From an uncultured Chloroflexia bacterium (GTDB lineage Bacteria; Chloroflexota; Chloroflexia; Thermomicrobiales; CFX8), in the NCBI GenBank assembly GCA_963729445.1, contig CAVSNU010000003.1, forward strand, positions 770,550-834,549: 64,000 nt of DNA, written 5' to 3'. Shown here one piece after another: positions 46,645 to 54,694 of the stretch; the first letter of the stretch is position 1; each line of letters starts with the position of its first letter. The notes under the pieces are model-generated. The model worked only from the letters and a program-made list of their open reading frames with translations. It was not told the origin of the DNA and did no database searches. Both the position numbers and the translations under genes were made by a program.

Positions 46645-46674
46645 AATCTATCAGAGCGGCCCGCAGGCTGTCAA
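46645..46674 (-). promoter_or_regulatory. Candidate sigma-70-type promoter for the T-box leader
   Basis: The minus strand reads TTGACA (46669-46674), an 18-nt spacer, then TAGATT (46645-46650), immediately upstream of the Stem I region. Confidence 0.45.
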
Positions 46675-46770
46675 CGCGAGGCCGATGTTCGGGTACGCAT
46701 CATTCTCGCACCAATCAGCGTCACAAGCGTGCTCGCCTTGCCAGGATGGACAGGTCATTACGCTTTCGCA

Positions 46771-47709
46771 CTATCGATGACTGTGCGGATCAAACGCATC
46801 CCGAAGTCCATCACCGACGTAGTTGATGCTCATGACCGTGAGAAAAATCATCAACCCCGGCGCGATCGCGAACACGGGGAGCTGCCGCATCTTGCCTTGG
46901 GCATCGTCGAGCAACGTGCCCCAGGTTGCAGTCGGCGGTTGCACGCCAAACCCGAGATAGGACAGCCCTGACTCAGTGATGATCGTTGCCGCCACTAGCA
47001 ACGTCCCCTGGACCATGATTGGCCCAAGCGCACCCGGCAGGATGTGGCGAAACATGATTCGAGCATTCCCGGCTCCGGCAGCGCGAGCCGCCTCGACAAA
47101 CTCCTTCTCGCGCAAGCTCAGAAACGTCGCCCGAACGATCCGCGCGAGCGCCATCCACGAGAGCGCGCCGATGACAATCGCGATGGGCCAGATGCTTCCC
47201 GAGTACTCACGCAAATGGTTGTTGGTACGGATCACCGTAGCGAGCACGATCAGGATAAAGAGCGAGGGAAACGACAGGAAGACATCCACCAGGCGCATCA
47301 ACAGGTTGTCGACCAAGCCGCCAAAGTAACCCGCAAGGGCCCCGATCAGCGTGCCGAGTATCAGCGCAACGGCGGTGCCAAAGAGGCCAATTGCGAGCGA
47401 GATGCGCCCTCCGTACATGACGCGGGCGAAGATGTCGCGTCCAACGTCATCCGTGCCGAACCAGTGGTTCGCCGACGGTCCTTGAAGTCGTTCTGTTGTC
47501 GAAAGCGCGTTCGGGTCCATCGGCAACAGCGGCGCAAAGATCGCGCTCAGAATCAGGAGTACCAGAACCACTACGCCAGCCACGGCAAGCTTGTGCCGCA
47601 TGAATCGACGTACGAGCAGCCGTGTCATCGTATCGTGCCGGGGCAACGCAGCACCGTCGCCTAACCGCTGCGGTTCCGCAACCGGTTGGGCCTGGGAATC
47701 AGCCATCAA
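46771..47709 (-). CDS. Peptide/nickel ABC transporter permease (DppC/OppC type)
   Basis: Intact 312-aa ORF with the N-terminal OppC_N-type TM segment and the EAA-loop region FVEAARAAGAGNARIMFRHILPGALGP. Confidence 0.85.
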   Translation of the reverse strand: MMADSQAQPVAEPQRLGDGAALPRHDTMTRLLVRRFMRHKLAVAGVVVLVLLILSAIFAPLLPMDPNALSTTERLQGPSANHWFGTDDVGRDIFARVMYGGRISLAIGLFGTAVALILGTLIGALAGYFGGLVDNLLMRLVDVFLSFPSLFILIVLATVIRTNNHLREYSGSIWPIAIVIGALSWMALARIVRATFLSLREKEFVEAARAAGAGNARIMFRHILPGALGPIMVQGTLLVAATIITESGLSYLGFGVQPPTATWGTLLDDAQGKMRQLPVFAIAPGLMIFLTVMSINYVGDGLRDAFDPHSHR

Positions 47710-47732
47710 ATGGTCCCTTCACCGTACCGGTA

Positions 47733-48707
47733 TTAGCGAAACCGAATTCGCGGATCAAGGTATGCATAAAGAATGTCAGCCAGAATATTCGACAACACAA
47801 TGAGCGCTGCGGTGATCATGATAATTGCCATGAGTAGCGGGTAATCGCGCCTGTCGGCCGCGGTATAGAAGAGTCGTCCCATGCCCGGCCAGGCGAAGAT
47901 CACCTCGGTGAACAGCGCTCCAGAAAAGATGAACGGCAGGTCGAGCGCCATCAGCGTCACCAGCGGGATGGACGCATTTCTGAAGGCGTGCCGCATGATC
48001 ACCACCTGCTCGCGCAACCCCTTGGCACGCGCGGTGCGCACGTAGTCCTGGTGAATCACGTCGAGCATGCTTGAACGCAGGAAGCGCGTGTACCACGCCA
48101 CCCAGCTCGCCGAGAGCATGATGACCGGCATGATCAAGTGCACCAGGCGATCGCGAATCGAAAAGTCCTCCCCCAGGGTATACATCCCGCCCGCCGGCAG
48201 CAGCGAGCCACCCGAGAACGGATTCTCCAGGGTCAGGTAGAAGATGAGGATCAGAATCAGCCCCAACCAGAAGATCGGGATCGACTGCCCAATGAAGGTA
48301 AGTGTCGTCACCGCATGGTCAAACCGCGAATATTGCTTTACGGCTGAAAGGATGCCGATTGGAATGGCGATCAGGATCGTAACGATCCATGCAGTCAACA
48401 TCAGATATAACGTGTTTGGAAGGCGGTCCCGGATCGCGTCCATTACCGGCCGGCGCTCGACGAGAGATTCGCCGAAGTCCAGCTGCACGACCTTCCCGAG
48501 CCACCGGCCATATTGTTCATAGACCGGCGCGTTCAACCCCAGCCGTTCTTCGAGTCGAGCAAGGTCTTCCTGGCTCATCGCCCCGCGCCGGACATACGCG
48601 CCCATCGGGCCTCCGGGGGCAGCCTGCAGCAGGAGGAACACCACGATACTGATAAAGATCAGCAACGGTATCGCCTGCAGCAGGCGGCGCGTCACATATT
48701 GCCCCAT
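47733..48707 (-). CDS. Peptide/nickel ABC transporter permease (DppB/OppB type)
   Basis: Intact 324-aa ORF. The start MGQYVTRRLLQAIPLLIFISIVVFLLL is typical. The EAA region is YVRTARAKGLREQVVIMRHAFRNASIPLVT. Confidence 0.85.
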   Translation of the reverse strand: MGQYVTRRLLQAIPLLIFISIVVFLLLQAAPGGPMGAYVRRGAMSQEDLARLEERLGLNAPVYEQYGRWLGKVVQLDFGESLVERRPVMDAIRDRLPNTLYLMLTAWIVTILIAIPIGILSAVKQYSRFDHAVTTLTFIGQSIPIFWLGLILILIFYLTLENPFSGGSLLPAGGMYTLGEDFSIRDRLVHLIMPVIMLSASWVAWYTRFLRSSMLDVIHQDYVRTARAKGLREQVVIMRHAFRNASIPLVTLMALDLPFIFSGALFTEVIFAWPGMGRLFYTAADRRDYPLLMAIIMITAALIVLSNILADILYAYLDPRIRFR

Positions 48708-48781
48708 AGGTGCACTCCTGCATGACAGTGCCGGACGGGAGGCGCGAACGAGTGACGATCCTCTCGTCCGGCAGCACTCAT

Positions 48782-50716
48782 CTACTGCTCAAGCCACCAG
48801 TTCTCACAGTCCCAGGTTGACCACTCCCACGTGCTGACGGCAAAGCCGTGCAACAGGGTGGAATAGGCACTGCCCTCGTTGAACTGCTGAATCGGGAAGG
48901 TTGGGATGTCCTCGCGAATCGCGTCGGCAACTTTCTGGTAGTTAGCCCGTCGCTCGTCCTGGTCGATGGTCGCGCCAGCGGCTTCAAGCCAGGCATCGAC
49001 ATCCTCCCGCGCCCAGCGGTAGATGTTCTGACCGCCGGGATTCTCAGCGCTCGGGATACCACTGGAGTGGAACTCGGCGACAATCTCCGTGTGCGGTTCG
49101 ATGAAGAAGCCAGCATCGTAGTAGAGCATGTCGAAATCCCCCACCTTGCGGGGAGAGCCGTCAGCCCAGGTACCGAAAATGATGGCGAAGTCCTGGTTCT
49201 CGATGTTCATCTGGATACCAACGGTGGCGAGATCTTCCTGAATGGCGAGCTCACCCAGGTCGATCGGATCGAAACCGGTGTATCCATTCACCAGCAACTC
49301 CATTCGAGTCCCGTCCTCGGCGTACAAGGCGCCCTGTGCGACACGCACGCCGTCGTCACCGAGCACCCAGCCTGCCTCTTCGAGAAGCGCCATAGCCCCG
49401 TTGGGGTCGTAGACGAACGGCTCAACCTCCGCGTTGATCCAGCCAACAGCGAGCGGTGAGTCGATGTCGTACACGCCGTCAAGGATTTCGTGGTTGATGC
49501 GCTGCCGGTTGATGGCCATGGTGATCGCCTCGCGCACGCGTACATCACCCAGAATCGGATGCGGCACGTCGGGGCCTGGATCTCCGTCGTAGGGCTTCGA
49601 CAGGTTGAAATAGAGCTGCGTCACCCATATGCCCGGCGCAATGCGTTCCTCGACGAGATCAGACTGCTCGAAATCCCCCTCGGAATCCTCGCCGGGCCAG
49701 AGCATGATATGTCCGTCACCCTGAACCATGCGTGCAGTACGTGACTCCTCCGATGGCACCACGAGGAAATTGATGCCGTCGAGGTACGGCTTGCCTTCCT
49801 CGCGATACTCTTCGTTTTTCAGAACCGTCAGATGATCGGCAGCCGCCCACTCCTCGAACTTAAATGGCCCCGTACCAACCGGCGCGCGGTTGAAGTCCCA
49901 ATTGAGCATGTCTCCAACGTCGCCAGCCGCATGCTGAGGAACGATCCACTTGAACTGGTCGAGATAACCGACATTCACGTCCGAGTAGCTCACTACCACC
50001 GTCAACTCGTCTGTCGCCTCAACCGACTGGACAAGCTCAAAGTCCGACGCGACGGCGGAGCCACCGTCAACGCTCGTGGCCGCTTGCCAGGTAAACACGA
50101 CATCCGCGGCCGTCAATGGCTCCCCGTCATGCCAGAGAACACCCTCTTTGAGCTTCCATGTGACGGTAAGAATGTCATCTGATACGCCTCCATTCTCCTG
50201 ATCCGGCAACTCGGCAGCGAGAATCGCTTGCCAGGAACCATCCGGCAGGTTCTCAGCAAGCGGTTCGAGGATTGACGCACTGACCTGTACTGCGATGCTC
50301 GTCTGGCCAACCAGAGGGTTGAGTGAGTCTGGATCCTCGTAGAGGAGATAGGTGAGCATCCCACCTGGTTGTGGCGGCCCCGCGTGGTCGTCCACATACC
50401 ATGCGACATCACTGCTACCGCCGGTAGCCGGAGTGCTTTCAACCTCCGCTCCGGGGGTCTCGCTGCTGGAATCCTCGGCGGCAGCCGACGCACTCTCTGC
50501 GGCCGTTGTCGGGCCCGATTCATTAGCCCCCTGCGTGGGCTCCGGGATTTCGTCACTCTCCTCGTCACCTCCGCAAGCCGCCAGCAGAGCAGAGATAGCC
50601 GGGACGCTGAGTCCGAGAGCCAGCGCGCGTTTGAGCACCCCGCGCCGGCTCAACGTCGCGCGCAGGGCGTTGGAATCCTCAATGAAGATCACATCTTTGG
50701 GGTTATCATCTTCCAT
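48782..50716 (-). CDS. Peptide/nickel ABC transporter substrate-binding lipoprotein (SBP family 5)
   Basis: ORF 48782..51004 is over-extended. The ATG at 50716 (AAGGAG RBS) gives MEDDNPKDV...RRGVLKRALALGLSVPAISALLAACGG (Tat motif plus lipobox). An acidic/Ser-rich linker and an SBP_bac_5-type body follow. No ATPase genes are adjacent. Confidence 0.85.
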   Translation of the reverse strand: MEDDNPKDVIFIEDSNALRATLSRRGVLKRALALGLSVPAISALLAACGGDEESDEIPEPTQGANESGPTTAAESASAAAEDSSSETPGAEVESTPATGGSSDVAWYVDDHAGPPQPGGMLTYLLYEDPDSLNPLVGQTSIAVQVSASILEPLAENLPDGSWQAILAAELPDQENGGVSDDILTVTWKLKEGVLWHDGEPLTAADVVFTWQAATSVDGGSAVASDFELVQSVEATDELTVVVSYSDVNVGYLDQFKWIVPQHAAGDVGDMLNWDFNRAPVGTGPFKFEEWAAADHLTVLKNEEYREEGKPYLDGINFLVVPSEESRTARMVQGDGHIMLWPGEDSEGDFEQSDLVEERIAPGIWVTQLYFNLSKPYDGDPGPDVPHPILGDVRVREAITMAINRQRINHEILDGVYDIDSPLAVGWINAEVEPFVYDPNGAMALLEEAGWVLGDDGVRVAQGALYAEDGTRMELLVNGYTGFDPIDLGELAIQEDLATVGIQMNIENQDFAIIFGTWADGSPRKVGDFDMLYYDAGFFIEPHTEIVAEFHSSGIPSAENPGGQNIYRWAREDVDAWLEAAGATIDQDERRANYQKVADAIREDIPTFPIQQFNEGSAYSTLLHGFAVSTWEWSTWDCENWWLEQ

Positions 50717-51106
50717 CTGATTTCTCCTTGCTCCATCTCGCCCTTTGGGCGTGGTCGTGCCGTGCGTGTAGCGCCGTTGTACACCTCCACCACAAAACGC
50801 GTAGAGGCAACCAACCAAACCCGCGACAACCGGCTCGACGTGTGTAGCGCTTCCACCACCTGACACATCGTTCGAGAATGAGTTCGCCTCAGCCCACGTC
50901 GGCGAGGGTCGTTTTGTACACTTTCGCGACGCGCACATGCTAGCACAAGGGCTACGAGGTGTCATTCGTTCTAGAACGGGAGAATGGGTCGATACTTCAC
51001 GCAATACGCCGTGCCTCTGCGCAGGTGCAACCTTATGCGAGGATCAATCAGAACACTTCCATTGGTGCGATCGTCGAAGGTCAACGTTTCTCACGGCCAC
51101 TCTAGA

Positions 51107-51143
51107 CACAAAAGAAAGGAAGGGCCGGCGAGCTGGCCCTTCC
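51107..51143 (-). terminator. Rho-independent terminator of proVWX
   Basis: GGAAGGGCC-AGCUCGCC-GGCCCUUCC followed by UUUCUUUUGUG on the minus-strand RNA, about 30 nt below the proX stop. Confidence 0.6.
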
Positions 51144-51174
51144 GTACGCGGCATAGTCGTGGAGCTGAAGAGCG

Positions 51175-52056
51175 TTATTGGGTGATCCAGCTATCCACCA
51201 GTTGTCGATTCGCCTCGATTTCAAGCCACTGCTGTACGGCGTCTTCTTCGTTACCACCACCGGCGTCGACGATCATCTGCTCCAGAGAGAAGAGCGCCTC
51301 ATCATCCATCTGGAAGTTTCCGAACCACTCTGCCAACTCAGGAAAGTCCTCCGAGAACCCGCCACGGGCCGTGACGTGGATCTGCTCCGGGTCGCCCCAG
51401 AGTCCCTCAGGGTCTTCAAGGTTGCGCAGGTTGTACTCCAGATAGGCCCAATGGGGCTGCCACATCGTGACAACAATTGGTTGCTGGTTGGTCACCGCGC
51501 GGCTGAGCTCTGCCAGCATGGCCGGCGTGCTCGATTCAACTAACTGCCAGTCATCGAGGCCATAACCCGGCATCACGGCTTCTCGGGCAATGCGCATGAT
51601 GCCGGCGCCCGGCTCGATTCCGATGATCTGCCGGTTGAACAGGTCGGCATTCTCCGCCAGCTCCGGAATGGATTGAACCTGGACGTAGTCCGGTACAGCG
51701 AATGCGAGTATCGCGTTGTCGTACCAGACTCCGAGGTCTTCAAGCTGAGCGCCATAGCGTTCCCAGTACTCGGCATGCGTTGTCGGGAGCCACGTATCAA
51801 GGAACGTGTCGACGTCGCCTTGCGACATTCCCAGGAAGACCGTGCCGGCATCAAGTTGAACCAGCTCAACCGCATAGTCCCGCTCTTCGAGGAGCGCCTT
51901 CCACAGATACGTGACAGCGATGTCCTCATCCCACGGGATCCAGCCGATCGTCACTTCATCGGTCGTACCGTTGCCCCCAGGACTGCATGCTGCCAGCACT
52001 GGGAGCAGCAGTGCCATCGCGAGTAGGAGCGACAAGCCCTTCGTACGAACGTTCAT
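51175..52056 (-). CDS. proX: Glycine betaine/proline betaine ABC transporter substrate-binding lipoprotein
   Basis: ORF 51175..52068. The ATG at 52056 gives MNVRTKGLSLLLAMALLLPVLAACS (lipobox), followed by an OpuAC-type fold (IGWIPWDEDIAVTYLW, GIEPGAG). Confidence 0.85.
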   Translation of the reverse strand: MNVRTKGLSLLLAMALLLPVLAACSPGGNGTTDEVTIGWIPWDEDIAVTYLWKALLEERDYAVELVQLDAGTVFLGMSQGDVDTFLDTWLPTTHAEYWERYGAQLEDLGVWYDNAILAFAVPDYVQVQSIPELAENADLFNRQIIGIEPGAGIMRIAREAVMPGYGLDDWQLVESSTPAMLAELSRAVTNQQPIVVTMWQPHWAYLEYNLRNLEDPEGLWGDPEQIHVTARGGFSEDFPELAEWFGNFQMDDEALFSLEQMIVDAGGGNEEDAVQQWLEIEANRQLVDSWITQ

Positions 52057-52167
52057 CAGTTCCCCCAATTCTCCAGGACTCTCGATTCTGTCTCTGTTGG
52101 GCGGCTACCAGGCTGCTCTTCAACACGCCGACACAGTGCGCTTTCTCTCAGGCCAGAACCTCACGTT

Positions 52168-53016
52168 CTAGGCCGTTTCCAGCGTAGGCTGCCCCCCGCG
52201 CGTGCCAAGCGCTTCGGTGATGCGGTCGAGAAAGATCGCGAGGACGACGACTGCCAGGCCGCCTTCAAAGCCAGCACCGATTTGCACCTGCGTAATCGCG
52301 CTGAACACAACACCGCCAAGCCCTCCGGCGCCGACCATCCCCGCGATGACGACCATTGAGAGCGCGAGCATGATCACCTGGTTGATGCCAGCCATGATGG
52401 TCGGCATCGCGAGTGGAATCTGGATACGAAACAGCACCATGTTCGGGTCCGCCCCGAACGCATGACCGGCCTCGACGATTTCGGTGTCAACGCCACGAAT
52501 ACCGAGCTCCGTGAGTCGTACCGCCGGGGGCATCGAGAAGATCAACGTCGCTACCGCGCCGGGAACCAGTCCGATACCGAAGAAGATGACCGCAGGAATC
52601 AGATAGACGAACGCCGGCAGCGTCTGCATGAAGTCGAGCACCGGACGAATGGTGGAGCTCACGAATGCGCTGCGCGACGCTGCGATTCCGAGGGGTATAG
52701 CAATCGCGACAGCCACGGCCGTGGCAACCAGTACGAGGCCCAGCGTCGACATCGCATCCTCCCAGAGACCCATGCTCTGGATCAGCAGGAAGGCAAGCAG
52801 CGTGAAAACAGCAAATGCGATGGAACGCACCCGCCAGGCGATGAGCGCAAACAGTAGCGCCGTCACAATCGGTGGAGGCAGGAGCAACAGCCAGATGAGG
52901 GTGTCGACCGCCGCGCTCAACGCGGATGAGATCGCGTCGAACAAGGGCTGAAAGTTGTCCTGAAGAAAGGCGACCAGATCTTCGGCGTACTGCCCCAAAG
53001 GTATCTCAGGAACCAT
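52168..53016 (-). CDS. proW: Glycine betaine ABC transporter permease
   Basis: ORF 52168..53091. The likely start is MVPEIPLGQYAEDLVAFLQDNF at 53016, overlapping the proV end. It is a BPD-type permease (TELGIRGVDTEIVEAGHAFGA). Confidence 0.85.
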   Translation of the reverse strand: MVPEIPLGQYAEDLVAFLQDNFQPLFDAISSALSAAVDTLIWLLLLPPPIVTALLFALIAWRVRSIAFAVFTLLAFLLIQSMGLWEDAMSTLGLVLVATAVAVAIAIPLGIAASRSAFVSSTIRPVLDFMQTLPAFVYLIPAVIFFGIGLVPGAVATLIFSMPPAVRLTELGIRGVDTEIVEAGHAFGADPNMVLFRIQIPLAMPTIMAGINQVIMLALSMVVIAGMVGAGGLGGVVFSAITQVQIGAGFEGGLAVVVLAIFLDRITEALGTRGGQPTLETA

Positions 53017-54202
53017 TCGGACTCCCCGCTCCATCGAATGCCGACAACAACGAGGCCCTCGGCACAACTCCGAGCAGGCGTCCATTCTCATCGACCACAG
53101 CTACCGGCAACGAGTACTCCGCGGATAGACCAAAGAGGTCGCCGATCAACGTATCCGGCGAGGCCGTTGGGTAATCGGTTCTCACCACGTTGCTGATGTT
53201 TCGCTCGCCGCGCCTGGCGGCGGCCGCAACGTCGCGGTCACGAACCACTCCAACAAGTTGACGGTGGGGGCCAAGCACATACAGTTCGTTGACCTGCAGA
53301 TCGCGCATCTCGTGCATCGCGACCGCCGGGCCGGCTTTGATCGACACCGTCCCGAGCGGGTCACGCATGATTGACGAGGCGGTGATCACGCGGCTGCGGT
53401 CAACATCCTGGACAAACGCCGCGACGTACTCGTCGGCCGGCTCCTCAAGGATCTCCTCGGCGGTGCCGATCTGAACGATCTCCCCCGCACGCATCACCGC
53501 GATGCGATCGCCCAGCCGCATTGCCTCATTCAGATCGTGCGTGATGAACACGATTGTCTTACGCAAATCCTGCTGGAGCTCGATGAGCTGATCCTGCATC
53601 TCGCGGCGTATCAAGGGGTCCAGCGCGCTAAATGCCTCATCCATCAACATGACGTCGGCGTTCGTCGCCAGGGCGCGTGCCAGTCCTACCCGCTGTTGCA
53701 TGCCGCCGGAGAGCTGGCCCGGGTAGACATCTTCCCAGCCGGCCAGGCCGACCGTCTCGAGTGCCTCCCGGGCTCGCTGGTGACGCTCGGCCTCGGGGAG
53801 CTTCTGCACCTCCAGACCAAAGGCCGCGTTCTCGAGCACGGTACGATGCGGGAACAGCGCGAAATGCTGGAAGACCATGCTGATCTTTCTCGCGCGTAAC
53901 TCCCGCAGGTCGCGCGGCGACAACGCTGTGATGTCGACGCCATCGATCTCAACTTTCCCGGCTGTGGGCTCGATCAGGCGGTTGAGCAGCCGCACCAGCG
54001 TCGATTTTCCAGAGCCGGACAACCCCATTACGACGAAGAGCTCACCCTCGTAGACCTCGAACGAGGCGTCGAGAACCGCGACGACCTGGCCGGTCGCTTC
54101 GAGGATCTCTTCCTTCGTCTTGCCGGCTTGCAGCAGCGCTAATCCTTGCTCGGGATCGTCTCCGAAGATCTTGGTGAGGTCATCCGCTCGAATCTTCGCC
54201 AT
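53006..54202 (-). CDS. proV: Glycine betaine ABC transporter ATPase with C-terminal tandem CBS domains
   Basis: ORF 53006..54229. The likely start is MAKIRADDLTKIFG at 54202. Motifs are GLSGSGKSTLVR, LSGGMQQRVGLARA and MLMDEAFSALD, and the tail is CBS-like. Confidence 0.9.
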   Translation of the reverse strand: MAKIRADDLTKIFGDDPEQGLALLQAGKTKEEILEATGQVVAVLDASFEVYEGELFVVMGLSGSGKSTLVRLLNRLIEPTAGKVEIDGVDITALSPRDLRELRARKISMVFQHFALFPHRTVLENAAFGLEVQKLPEAERHQRAREALETVGLAGWEDVYPGQLSGGMQQRVGLARALATNADVMLMDEAFSALDPLIRREMQDQLIELQQDLRKTIVFITHDLNEAMRLGDRIAVMRAGEIVQIGTAEEILEEPADEYVAAFVQDVDRSRVITASSIMRDPLGTVSIKAGPAVAMHEMRDLQVNELYVLGPHRQLVGVVRDRDVAAAARRGERNISNVVRTDYPTASPDTLIGDLFGLSAEYSLPVAVVDENGRLLGVVPRASLLSAFDGAGSPNGS

Positions 54203-54626
54203 CAGCGCCTCATCTCCCTGACCCAACAACAGCCCTGCAACGGAATGGCAGGTAACAGGTACGCCAGATCAGATGGTTGAACACAACCGCTTCCGTTACG
54301 AGCAGTCAAACGCATGGTTCGAGCAGGAGTCACCGCACCATGTGCACGGAGACCGGAGTAGGAGACGGATCCGCCCGCGGACAACCCCGAAACAGGACCC
54401 AAGAAAGGGTAAACGGGAGAGAGGTTGAACGGAGCATCAGGACCAACGAGCGTTCTGAACGTACCCCGGTCGTTTGTGAGGGCGTGTGGGAGACTCCACA
54501 CATCGAAAGGGTGATCCCAGGAGGGACCATGCCCTGCAGATAAGGCAAGTGTACCATTGGGCTCTCAGATGGCCTTAAGGTTTGCGTATCTGTCGATGAT
54601 CGCCATCAGGAAAATCCGCGTGAAAT

Positions 54627-54666
54627 GCACATGGCCCGCCGTCCGTTGGGACGGCGGGCCATGTGC
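54627..54666 (-). terminator. 18-bp perfect hairpin downstream of the GltD-like gene
   Basis: GCACATGGCCCGCCGTCC-GTTG-GGACGGCGGGCCATGTGC, 29 nt below the stop at 54695. It is followed on the minus-strand RNA by AUUUCACGCGGAUUUUCC. Confidence 0.6.
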
Positions 54667-54694
54667 GACTCTTCAGCTCAGTAACGTGCCGCTG

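Noticed and set aside
46771-50716. Peptide ABC importer lacking ATPase genes as an anomaly
   Set aside because: Only the SBP and two permeases are present, but unlinked or shared DppD/F-type ATPases are common. The operon ends at the leuA promoter, so nothing suggests a deletion.
54203-54626. c-di-AMP (ydaO) riboswitch upstream of proV
   Set aside because: It is functionally attractive, but the conserved ydaO sequence blocks I recall are not present. I report it only as an unclassified long leader.
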